A stretch of DNA of 64,000 nucleotides from an uncultured Rikenellaceae bacterium (lineage in GTDB: Bacteria > Bacteroidota > Bacteroidia > Bacteroidales > VadinHA17), in NCBI GenBank assembly GCA_964389685.1, contig CAYMFM010000004.1:1310-65309 (forward strand), read 5' to 3'. The first letter of the stretch is position 1. Each line of letters opens with the position of its first letter. Both the position numbers and the translations under genes were made by a program. The notes below the pieces were generated by a model. The model worked only from the letters and a program-made list of their open reading frames with translations. It was not told the origin of the DNA and searched no databases. Positions 45,672 to 54,545 of this stretch are shown here, in pieces.

Positions 45672-46044
45672 AGTGACGGGTGACGAGTGACGAGTGACGA
45701 GTTCCGCCTACGTCAAGACTGCAGCGGACAAGAGATGAGAAATGAGAGGTGAGTTTTGAGTTGTGAGAAATGAGTAGTGAGTTGACTTTGTAAAAGTGAG
45801 ACTTTGTGACGATGAGAGGTGAGATAGAGCGACGAAGCGACTGAGAGACGGAGAGATGAAAGCTGTCACCAGTCCGAAAAAACAAGAACTAAAAACTGAA
45901 ACCAAATTGTTGAACCACAAATATTCATAATAAAAACATCTATTAACATTCTTGTCACGCGTCACGCGTTACTCGTCACTTTTACACAATGTTAACCGAA
46001 AACTATTAACAATATCAATACTAATCCTTTAAAACTAAACAATC
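45672..46044. repeat. spacer B: heptanucleotide repeat array bounded by inverted GTGACGR arrays
   Basis: GTGACGR x4 at 45673-45700. NNNTGAG units in one register from 45733 to 45823. The reverse-complement array gtcacgc gtcacgc gttactc gtcac lies at 45954-45979. Confidence 0.85.
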
Positions 46045-46782
46045 ATGAAAAGAATCAGTACAATTATCCTGCTTATTGCATTTATTGCAGTAGGAAACGG
46101 ATTTGCTCAGAGTCTTGAGGAGATCCTGAAAAGTCATGCAGAAATAATGGGATTTAACAAGCTTGCCGGCGCCAAGACCATCATCATAACCGGTAAAAGC
46201 CAGAGAGGGGAAAATGACAGCCCGTTCACCATTTACATCAAAGGTGAAAAATCCCGGTATGAGTCCGATTTTATGGGTAATAAAATGGTCAGGGCCCACG
46301 ACGGTAAAACGGGTTGGATGAGGAATCCCCGCGATGGCAGTATCATGGAACTTGAAGGCAGACAGCTGGAACAAATGAGCCAGGCAACCCAGTTGGGTGG
46401 GATCCTGTACCAGTGGAAGGAGAAAAATTTCAAGATCGGATTGGAAGGAAAAGAAAAATTTGAAGGTACTGATGTATTTAAACTAAAGGTTACCAGGGAG
46501 GATGATGTGGTGACCTATGCCTATCTTGATTGCGAGAGCTATGTCCTCCTTAAGCAGACTTCAGTACGGGTTTTCCAGGGCAATGAATTTGAATCCACAA
46601 CAGTATTCAGTAATTATCAGATGGTTGAGGGTGTAGCAGTGGCTTTTAATTCAGAGACAGCATCTGCCGGAGGTGGTGGCCAGGGCAGAGGTGGCAGAGG
46701 TATGGGTGGAACGCAGGTCATTGAGAAGGTCGAATTCAACAAACCCATTGATGATGCATTGTTTAAAAGACCGGAAAAATAA
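46045..46782 (+). CDS. LolA-fold outer-membrane lipoprotein-sorting-like protein with Gly/Arg-rich segment
   Basis: Signal peptide MKRISTIILLIAFIAVGNGFAQ and a LolA-like beta-rich sequence. The segment AGGGGQGRGGRGMGG is encoded at 46666-46710. Confidence 0.55.
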   Translation: MKRISTIILLIAFIAVGNGFAQSLEEILKSHAEIMGFNKLAGAKTIIITGKSQRGENDSPFTIYIKGEKSRYESDFMGNKMVRAHDGKTGWMRNPRDGSIMELEGRQLEQMSQATQLGGILYQWKEKNFKIGLEGKEKFEGTDVFKLKVTREDDVVTYAYLDCESYVLLKQTSVRVFQGNEFESTTVFSNYQMVEGVAVAFNSETASAGGGGQGRGGRGMGGTQVIEKVEFNKPIDDALFKRPEK

Positions 46783-46828
46783 GCTATCTTTCGGTTCCAG
46801 TTGCAAATCCAACCATACATACTTACCC

Positions 46829-49800
46829 ATGAAAAGAATTACTCATTTCATCAGCCGGTCAGGAGTTCTCCTCGTACCGGTTGTTTTTTTGTTCGTGTAC
46901 CCACTGAAAGGACAGGAGGGTGTAACTATTGACAGCTATACTTTTGGGGCAATCGAAGCCAGGCACATTGGCCCGGCACGAATGAGCGGTAGAATTACCT
47001 CACTCGATGCCCTGTTTGATGACTACCGCCTTGTTTATGTTGGAACAGCCGGTGGTGGCATATGGAAGAGCACGAATGCAGGTGTGACCTTTAAACCGGT
47101 ATTTGATGATTACAATCAGTGTATCGGAGCCATCGCAATTGATCAGCATCATCCCGACATAGTCTGGGCAGGTACAGGCGAACCATGGACCCGGAATTCC
47201 ATTTCTGTTGGCGATGGGATCTACAAAACAACCGATGGCGGGGAATCCTGGAGTAAGATGGGCCTGGAAAATACCGAGCGGATCGGGAGGATTGAAATTC
47301 ACCCGGAGAATCCGGACATTGTTTATGTTGCCGCTCTCGGACATCTGTGGAATGAAAACGAGGAGAGAGGTGTATATAAAACTACCAACGGTGGAGAAAC
47401 CTGGGAAAAAATATTGTACGTTGATGAAAATACAGGGTGCTCGGATATCTCAATGGATCCCGAAAATCCGGATATTTTGCATGCAGCCATGTGGGATTTC
47501 AGGAGGCAACCGTATACCTTCCGTTCAGGTGGCCCGGGAAGTGGATTGTATAAAACTGCGAATGGCGGGAAATCATGGGAGAAGCTTACAAATGACCTGC
47601 CGGCAGATACCCTGGGAAGGATCTCTGTTGACGTTTCACCCGCTTATCCGAATATTGTTTATGCAGTGATTGAATGTGATTCAACAGGATTGTACCGTAC
47701 AAATGATAAAGGAGAAACCTGGGAACGGATGACAACCGCTTCAACAATTGGTGAAAGACCCTTTTATTTTAATCTAATACTGGCAGATCCAAATAATCCG
47801 AATAAACTTTTTAAACCTGGCCTTAATCTGAACATTACCACTGATGGTGGAAAGAATTTCGAACGGTCAGGTGGATTCCATTCCGATGTTCATGCGATCT
47901 GGGTTAGTAAACGGGATACCAATTTTATTTACCTCGGAACGGATGGCGGAGTGTATGTTTCTCATGACCTGGGTGGAACCTGGAGGATCATGCGAAACCT
48001 TCCAGTATCTCAATTTTACCATGTCAGCGCTGACATGAAAATTCCGTATAATGTATACGGTGGTCTGCAGGATAATGGAAGCTGGATGGGGCCTTCTGCA
48101 GGTCCGGGCGGTATAAAGAACGGGGACTGGGATAACGTGGGAGGAGGAGATGGATTTTATGTCTTCCCGGATAGACTGGATGAGAATATCGTATACTACC
48201 AATCCCAGGGAGGGAATATACAACGCCTCTACCTTAATTCACGGGAAACGAAAAACATCAAACCTGAAAAAGATGAAAATACCGAAGATCTGAGGTTTAA
48301 CTGGAATACTCCGGTAAGCTTCAGTAAAGATGGTAAAACCATGTATGTAGGATCTCAATATCTTTTCAGATCTAAAGACAGGGGTGATACCTGGGAGAGA
48401 ATTTCTCCGGATCTGACGACAGACGATCCGGAAAAACAGAAGCAAAAGGAATCCGGTGGTGTAACCATTGATAATACAGGTGCAGAGAATCATTGTACCA
48501 TCATGACCATTCATGAATCCCCGGTCGATCCAAAAATCATCTGGGTTGGTACTGATGATGGAAACATCCAGGTTACCACGGATGGTGGAAAGAAATGGAA
48601 AAATGTGGTTTCCAAATTACCCGGACTGCCGTCCAGTACATGGTGTTCATACGTTTATGCAGATCCGTTTGATAAGAATACCGCTTATGCAACATTTGAC
48701 GGTCACCGGAATGGCGATATGAAACCATACGTTTTTATGACCCGGGATATGGGTAAATCATGGCAATCACTTGTAGATGGGAATATTACCGGGTATTGTC
48801 ATGTAATAATGTCAGACCCGGTGAATACGAAACTTCTTTTCCTGGGTACGGAAACGGGACTTTTCATCTCTATTGACCAGGGTAAAGCATGGTCGAAATT
48901 TACCGGGAATATGCCGGATGTGGCAATCCGGGATATGTATATACACCCCAGGGACCATGATCTGATACTCGCATCACATGGAAGGGGTATTATCATCATT
49001 GACGATATCACCCCCCTGAGAAACCTGAAACATGAGATGGTGGATCAGGATATCGTATTTCTGCTGTCCAGACCTTTCACGGTTAGAAATTTTGGTTATC
49101 AGCAGGAATATGGTGGGAGTGATGAATTTGTGGGACCGAATCCCGGACAATCCGGTATCATTTCCTATTACCTGAAAAAACGGCATATTTTTGGAGACAT
49201 GTATCTTGAAGTCTATGATGACCATGAAGAACTGATAAACACACTGGTAGCCGGTAAGCGAAGAGGAATTAACCGGGTTCCGCTGAGTATCAGAAAAAAA
49301 GCACCTCCTATCGGAGAAATGAGAAGCAGGTCATTCAGATCCTTCGGAGCCATGCAGGGACCTGCAATGCCGGCAGGTGAATACACCATTGTTATTGTGA
49401 AAGAGGATACCCGTGTCAGGGGAACTTTTACCCTGCTGGATGATCCCCAATCACCCCATTCACCGGAGGACAGGCAATTGCAGCGACAAACCGCCAATAA
49501 AGCCTATGATATGCTTATAAATCTTGATTTCCTCGATAAACGAATTAAAAAGCTGGTCGATGACGGAAAGGCTATTTCAGGAGAATTGAAAGATACCGTG
49601 CTGGTATCCCAAATAAAACGGTTCAACGAAACATTGGGTGCAATGCGGGACTCTCTCTATGTCTCTTCATCAGGGGAATCCTTTACCGGGGAAAAGAGAT
49701 TGAGGGAGAAGTTAGTTGAGATCTACTCCGATGTCAACTCCTATATGGGAAAACCCACCTCATTCCAGGTTAGTGGGTTAGACAAACTCAATGTTGAGCT

Positions 49801-49933
49801 CAGGAAATGCGAAAAGGAACTGACAGATATCTCAGAGATCGAGCTGGTGAGGTTAAACCAGTTGCTTGAGGTAGCAGGAGCAAGGCCCCTGAAAATCATG
49901 ACCCGTGAGGAGTACGAAAAGGAAAACAAATAG
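46829..49933 (+). CDS. sortilin/VPS10-type BNR-repeat beta-propeller protein (often annotated as a glycosyl hydrolase)
   Basis: The ATG at 46829 gives a signal peptide. There are many SxDxGxTW-type BNR/Asp-box repeats (TTDGGESWSK, TTNGGETWEK, TANGGKSWEK, TNDKGETWER, SHDLGGTWR, SKDRGDTWER, TTDGGKKWKN, TRDMGKSWQS, SIDQGKAWSK). Confidence 0.8.
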   Translation: MKRITHFISRSGVLLVPVVFLFVYPLKGQEGVTIDSYTFGAIEARHIGPARMSGRITSLDALFDDYRLVYVGTAGGGIWKSTNAGVTFKPVFDDYNQCIGAIAIDQHHPDIVWAGTGEPWTRNSISVGDGIYKTTDGGESWSKMGLENTERIGRIEIHPENPDIVYVAALGHLWNENEERGVYKTTNGGETWEKILYVDENTGCSDISMDPENPDILHAAMWDFRRQPYTFRSGGPGSGLYKTANGGKSWEKLTNDLPADTLGRISVDVSPAYPNIVYAVIECDSTGLYRTNDKGETWERMTTASTIGERPFYFNLILADPNNPNKLFKPGLNLNITTDGGKNFERSGGFHSDVHAIWVSKRDTNFIYLGTDGGVYVSHDLGGTWRIMRNLPVSQFYHVSADMKIPYNVYGGLQDNGSWMGPSAGPGGIKNGDWDNVGGGDGFYVFPDRLDENIVYYQSQGGNIQRLYLNSRETKNIKPEKDENTEDLRFNWNTPVSFSKDGKTMYVGSQYLFRSKDRGDTWERISPDLTTDDPEKQKQKESGGVTIDNTGAENHCTIMTIHESPVDPKIIWVGTDDGNIQVTTDGGKKWKNVVSKLPGLPSSTWCSYVYADPFDKNTAYATFDGHRNGDMKPYVFMTRDMGKSWQSLVDGNITGYCHVIMSDPVNTKLLFLGTETGLFISIDQGKAWSKFTGNMPDVAIRDMYIHPRDHDLILASHGRGIIIIDDITPLRNLKHEMVDQDIVFLLSRPFTVRNFGYQQEYGGSDEFVGPNPGQSGIISYYLKKRHIFGDMYLEVYDDHEELINTLVAGKRRGINRVPLSIRKKAPPIGEMRSRSFRSFGAMQGPAMPAGEYTIVIVKEDTRVRGTFTLLDDPQSPHSPEDRQLQRQTANKAYDMLINLDFLDKRIKKLVDDGKAISGELKDTVLVSQIKRFNETLGAMRDSLYVSSSGESFTGEKRLREKLVEIYSDVNSYMGKPTSFQVSGLDKLNVELRKCEKELTDISEIELVRLNQLLEVAGARPLKIMTREEYEKENK

Positions 49934-50651
49934 TAGATAAATTCCGGTAGATAATTGATCCAATACAGAGTAAAATCAGTATTTCGCCAATAATAAACAT
50001 TCCCCATGCAAAACGGGCAGGAACGTATGTGGTGATGACACGCTGGAATTCAAGATTTTTAGCTAAATGGAGTATATCCGAAAGAAAACCTCCCCGGATC
50101 AGTATAAGGCTGTAATCTCTGATGAATGAAAGGGAAATGATAAAAGCTCCTGAAAGAAGAAAGATCCATTCACCGGTTTTAAGCTTCAGAGAAGCTATTT
50201 TTTCTGAGGGATAACTGGTTACGAGGGCAAAACAGATCATGGTCAGGGAACAGATGAGCGGGGCAAGAACCGGTCCGACCCAGGTTACTGGAATGAGAAA
50301 CAGGAGATCCCAGGTTAACAGGGATGTCGGCCAATTCAGGAAGAGCTTCAGTGCGACATAATAAAAGATATCCCATACCCCAAAAAGGTAAAGGGAAAAT
50401 CCGAATTTCTGCAGGGGAGTTCTTCCGGCAAGCAGTCCGACAGTTACCAGCATGACCAGTGTTGAGAATTCCCTCACCAGCTCAATGACAAGTAGCTTTA
50501 CATCAAAGGTTTGGAGGGGGAACTCAAAACCAGCGGGATAGTACAATTCACGGAGGTAAACCACTACGATTGCTTCCAGGAATCCCATAAAGAGGGCGAA
50601 GATCCCGGTGATCAGGAGCCGGCGGGAGAAGTCAGATAATGTATGTTGCAT
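49896..50651 (-). CDS. polytopic membrane protein, unknown function
   Basis: 251 aa with about 7 predicted TM helices. The 3-prime end overlaps the convergent gene by 38 nt. Confidence 0.55.
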   Translation of the reverse strand: MQHTLSDFSRRLLITGIFALFMGFLEAIVVVYLRELYYPAGFEFPLQTFDVKLLVIELVREFSTLVMLVTVGLLAGRTPLQKFGFSLYLFGVWDIFYYVALKLFLNWPTSLLTWDLLFLIPVTWVGPVLAPLICSLTMICFALVTSYPSEKIASLKLKTGEWIFLLSGAFIISLSFIRDYSLILIRGGFLSDILHLAKNLEFQRVITTYVPARFAWGMFIIGEILILLCIGSIIYRNLSTICFPFRTPHGS

Positions 50652-50695
50652 TTAGTAAGTGTGTTATACCAGTTTAAAACAGCCGTAAAATCGGT

Positions 50696-51493
50696 TCACT
50701 TTTTATCCTTTTTTGCTTTTCCTGTCATTGGAACGAACCGGACAGGGTACTGGGACTGCTTTTTCAGATTTCCATTTTCATCTTTTGCCACCACGATCAG
50801 GTTCTGAACCCGGTCTTCTGCACCAAGCGGGATAACAATTTTGCCCCCGGGTTTTAACTGCCTGATCAGCGGGGGAGGTATTTCTTCCGGTGCACAGGTT
50901 ACAATGATCCCATCGAACGGAGCATACTCTTCCCATCCTTCATAGCCATCACCGATCTTTACCCGGATGGTGTGATATCCAAGCTCTTTAAATCGTTCAA
51001 TCGCTTGTTCGCCCAACTTTTCAATGATCTCAATACTAAACACATACGGGGTTAGTTCTGACAGGACAGCTGCCTGATATCCGCTTCCGGTGCCAATTTC
51101 CAGGATCTTATCACCCGCTTCGATTTCAAGCAACTCTGTCATGTGAGCAACAATAATGGGTTGTGAGATCGTTTGCCCCATACCAATGGATAGGGGATAA
51201 TTCCCATAAGCACTGGATTGGTATTCCCGCGGAACAAACCGGTGTCTTGGAACAGCTTTCATCGCCTCCAGGACACGAACATCCTTTACCGGATTATAAT
51301 AAGAATGTTGGATGTCCCGGACAACCATTTTTTCCCTCTCCGCTTTTCGTTCAGAAAATCTCGGCCGGTTCCATTTCAGGGTGTCGGCAAGGGAATCTGT
51401 GACGAATGTTCTCTCTTTCAGGGAGGTTTTTTCCCTGGAACTATGGCATGCACACGTTATCAACAAAGAGAGCATAAACAGGATCTTCAGCAT
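50696..51493 (-). CDS. pcm: protein-L-isoaspartate O-methyltransferase with N-terminal signal-peptide-like extension
   Basis: Core motifs VPRHRFVP, QTISQP and LEIGTGSGYQAAVL. The 55-aa N-terminal extension starts MLKILFMLSLLITCAC. An alternative internal start at 51328 would give a canonical 210-aa protein. Confidence 0.85.
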   Translation of the reverse strand: MLKILFMLSLLITCACHSSREKTSLKERTFVTDSLADTLKWNRPRFSERKAEREKMVVRDIQHSYYNPVKDVRVLEAMKAVPRHRFVPREYQSSAYGNYPLSIGMGQTISQPIIVAHMTELLEIEAGDKILEIGTGSGYQAAVLSELTPYVFSIEIIEKLGEQAIERFKELGYHTIRVKIGDGYEGWEEYAPFDGIIVTCAPEEIPPPLIRQLKPGGKIVIPLGAEDRVQNLIVVAKDENGNLKKQSQYPVRFVPMTGKAKKDKK

Positions 51494-51684
51494 GGGTAAA
51501 GGTTTTAATGAAACGTTGGTGCTCAGTCAATTCTTCTGTCCGAGGAAGTTATAAAAAAGATAGCAATTTGTCAATTTTTTTCATCGTCAGAATGATAGTG
51601 AGAATAGTCGGGTTTTTATTGGTGGTTTATTCATTTCATCCTATTTTTACTGAATAGGAAACATTGATAGTAAGTTCCGGTTAT

Positions 51685-53169
51685 ATGCAGTTTCTTGGTT
51701 ATGATATTGGCAGTTCATCGATAAAAGCTTCCCTGTTTGATCTGGAATCAGGTACCATCTCTTCAACTGTTTATGCTCCTGAAACCGAAATGGAGATTAT
51801 GGCAAAAAAGCCCGGATGGGCAGAACAGGATCCCGACCTCTGGTGGAATTATCTGGTTGAAGCAACCCGGAAACTGACATCAAACGGTAATGTTAACACA
51901 GATCAGATCAAGGCAATAGGGATCTCCTATCAGATGCATGGTCTTGTTGCAGTTGACCGGGATCTCAATCTGATCCGGCCCTCCATTATTTGGTGTGACA
52001 GTCGGGCGGTAGGCATAGGAGACCGTGCTTTTCAGGAGATTGGTGCTGAGAATTGCCTCTCAACGTTATTGAATTCTCCCGGTAATTTCACCGCATCGAA
52101 ACTCAAATGGGTTCAGATGAATGAGCCCGATCATTACAAAAGAATATACAAAATCATGCTCCCGGGGGACTATATTGCCATGCGTCTCACCCGAGAGGTA
52201 AAGAGTACCGTTTCCGGTTTATCAGAAGGGATATTCTGGGATTTTCACCGGAACAGGCTTGCCGGAATGGTAATGGACCATTTTGGGTTTGACGGTGAGA
52301 TGATCCCGGAAATTGTACCCACCTTTTCATCACAGGGTGCATTGCTGCAGTCTGTTGCCCGTGAATTGGGTTTGCCGCCGGGAATTCCGGTTACTTACAG
52401 GGCAGGAGATCAGCCAAATAATGCATTTTCCCTGCATGTACTCAACCCGGGAGAAGTTGCTGCGACAGCCGGAACTTCGGGTGTTGTATATGGTATAAGT
52501 GATGCGTTGAAGTATGATGAACAATCAAGAGTAAACAGTTTTGCCCATGTCAATCATTCTGAGAAGAACCGTCGCATTGGCGTACTGCTCTGTATCAATG
52601 GGGCAGGCATTCTCAATTCCTGGATGAAACGGCTGATTGGACCGGGAGAATTTTCGTATGATAGAATGAATCAACTGGCAGCAGAAATCCCGATTGGCTC
52701 AGGAGGAGTTACCATCCTGCCATTTGGAAACGGTGCCGAACGCATGCTTGGTAACCGGGAACCCGGAAGCATCATCAGTCACCTGAATTTCAATATCCAC
52801 GATCGAAGGCACCTTCTGCGAGCGGTCCAGGAAGGAGTTGTCTTTTCTTTCCGCTATGGAATGGAAATAATGGAACGCGTGGGTATTCGGGTGAACGTGA
52901 TCCGTGCCGGAATGGCAAACATGTTCCTAAGTCCGGTTTTCCAGGAAGCACTGGTAGCTACAATTAATTCAAAAATCGAACTGTTCAATACAGATGGATC
53001 TGCCGGAGCTGCCAGAGGAGCCGCTGTGGGAGCCGGTTTGGCAACACTGGATGAGGCGTTTGCCGGTCTTGAGAAAATCCGTGAGGTGTCTGTTGATAAA
53101 ACGAAAAAACAGCAATATGAAGAGTCTTATCATTGTTGGAGAAACGATCTGCTCATGCATTTAAAATAA
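51685..53169 (+). CDS. xylB: xylulokinase (FGGY family)
   Basis: The ATG at 51685 gives MQFLGYDIGSSSIKASL. FGGY N- and C-terminal domains are present, and the gene is adjacent to xylA. Confidence 0.85.
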   Translation: MQFLGYDIGSSSIKASLFDLESGTISSTVYAPETEMEIMAKKPGWAEQDPDLWWNYLVEATRKLTSNGNVNTDQIKAIGISYQMHGLVAVDRDLNLIRPSIIWCDSRAVGIGDRAFQEIGAENCLSTLLNSPGNFTASKLKWVQMNEPDHYKRIYKIMLPGDYIAMRLTREVKSTVSGLSEGIFWDFHRNRLAGMVMDHFGFDGEMIPEIVPTFSSQGALLQSVARELGLPPGIPVTYRAGDQPNNAFSLHVLNPGEVAATAGTSGVVYGISDALKYDEQSRVNSFAHVNHSEKNRRIGVLLCINGAGILNSWMKRLIGPGEFSYDRMNQLAAEIPIGSGGVTILPFGNGAERMLGNREPGSIISHLNFNIHDRRHLLRAVQEGVVFSFRYGMEIMERVGIRVNVIRAGMANMFLSPVFQEALVATINSKIELFNTDGSAGAARGAAVGAGLATLDEAFAGLEKIREVSVDKTKKQQYEESYHCWRNDLLMHLK

Positions 53170-53175
53170 ATAATC

Positions 53176-54507
53176 ATGAAGAACTACCTAATTGGAAACC
53201 GGGAATTTTTCCCGGAAATAGGAAAAATTGAATTTGAAGGAAAGGAATCGAAAAATCCCCTTGCCTTCAAATGGTACAACGAGAGCCAGGTGGTAAATGG
53301 AAAATCGATGAAGGACCATCTGCGATTTGCCGTTGCCTACTGGCATTCGTTCTGTGGAACAGGCAATGACCCCTTCGGACCGGGAACAAAGAATTATCCA
53401 TGGGATGAAGGAAACGATCCGCTGGTAAAAGCAGAACAGAAGATGGATGCCGCTTTTGAACTGATAACGAAACTTGGTGTTCCCTACTATTGTTTCCACG
53501 ATTTTGACCTGGTGGAGGAGGGAGATTCCATCCAGGAGTCAGAAAAAAGACTTGAAAAAATGGTGGCTTATGCGAAAGAGAAACAGGATGCTTCCGGTGT
53601 GAAGCTGTTGTGGGGAACAGCCAATGTTTTTTCTCATCCGAGATACATGAACGGGGCTTCCACCAATCCCGATTTTAACGTTGTTGCCTGGGCAGGAACA
53701 CAGGTGAAGAATGCCCTGGATGCAACCATTGCACTGGGGGGAGAAAACTATGTCTTCTGGGGAGGCCGGGAAGGGTATATGTCATTGCTGAACACCAATA
53801 CCAAACGGGAAAAGGAACACATGGCAATGTTCCTGCATATGGCAAGGGATTATGCACGAATGCAGGGATTTAAAGGAACCTTCCTGATTGAACCCAAACC
53901 GATGGAACCGACGAAACACCAGTACGATTACGATGCAGAAACGGTCATTGGATTTCTGAGGTATTTCGGGCTGGATCAGGATTTTAAGCTGAATATTGAG
54001 GTAAACCATGCTACGCTTGCAGGCCATACCTTTCAACATGACCTCCAGATGGCTGCAGATGCCGGATTGCTCGGAAGTATCGATGCAAACCGGGGTGATT
54101 ACCAGAATGGTTGGGATACCGATCAGTTTCCTTTGAACCTTTATGAAATCGTTGAAGCGATGCTGGTTATCCTCGAATACGGAGGGTTCTCTTCCGGCGG
54201 GATAAATTTCGATGCCAAAACACGGCGTAATTCAACCGATCTGGAAGATCTGTTTATTGCCCACATTTCCGCCATGGATGTTTTTGCCAGATCACTGCTT
54301 ATAGCCGATACAATGCTTCAGGATTCCCCGTATAAGGAGTGGAGAAAAAGAAGGTATGCCTCCTTCGATTCGGGAACGGGAGCTGCTTTTGAGATAGGAG
54401 ACCTTTCGCTGGAAAAACTGAGACAACATGCCCTGGAGACCGGAAAACCCGAACAAATCAGCGGTAAACAAGAGTTATACGAACAGTTGATAAACCTCTA
54501 CCTGTAA
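53176..54507 (+). CDS. xylA: xylose isomerase
   Basis: 443 aa. FCFHD-type motif [15 protein letters not shown], and [14 protein letters not shown]. Confidence 0.95.
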   Translation: MKNYLIGNREFFPEIGKIEFEGKESKNPLAFKWYNESQVVNGKSMKDHLRFAVAYWHSFCGTGNDPFGPGTKNYPWDEGNDPLVKAEQKMDAAFELITKLGVPYYCFHDFDLVEEGDSIQESEKRLEKMVAYAKEKQDASGVKLLWGTANVFSHPRYMNGASTNPDFNVVAWAGTQVKNALDATIALGGENYVFWGGREGYMSLLNTNTKREKEHMAMFLHMARDYARMQGFKGTFLIEPKPMEPTKHQYDYDAETVIGFLRYFGLDQDFKLNIEVNHATLAGHTFQHDLQMAADAGLLGSIDANRGDYQNGWDTDQFPLNLYEIVEAMLVILEYGGFSSGGINFDAKTRRNSTDLEDLFIAHISAMDVFARSLLIADTMLQDSPYKEWRKRRYASFDSGTGAAFEIGDLSLEKLRQHALETGKPEQISGKQELYEQLINLYL

Positions 54508-54545
54508 GGATAAATTGCAAGATACAGGTAACAATCCAACATTAT

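Noticed and set aside
43321-46044. CRISPR-like array
   Set aside because: The repeat unit is 7 nt and tandem, with no unique spacers. There are no 25-40 nt direct repeats separated by unique sequences, and no cas genes are in the window.
49896-49933. 38-nt overlap of convergent genes as a possible antisense regulatory arrangement
   Set aside because: Short convergent overlaps are common. The membrane-protein C-terminus may simply be slightly over-extended, and there is no additional evidence.
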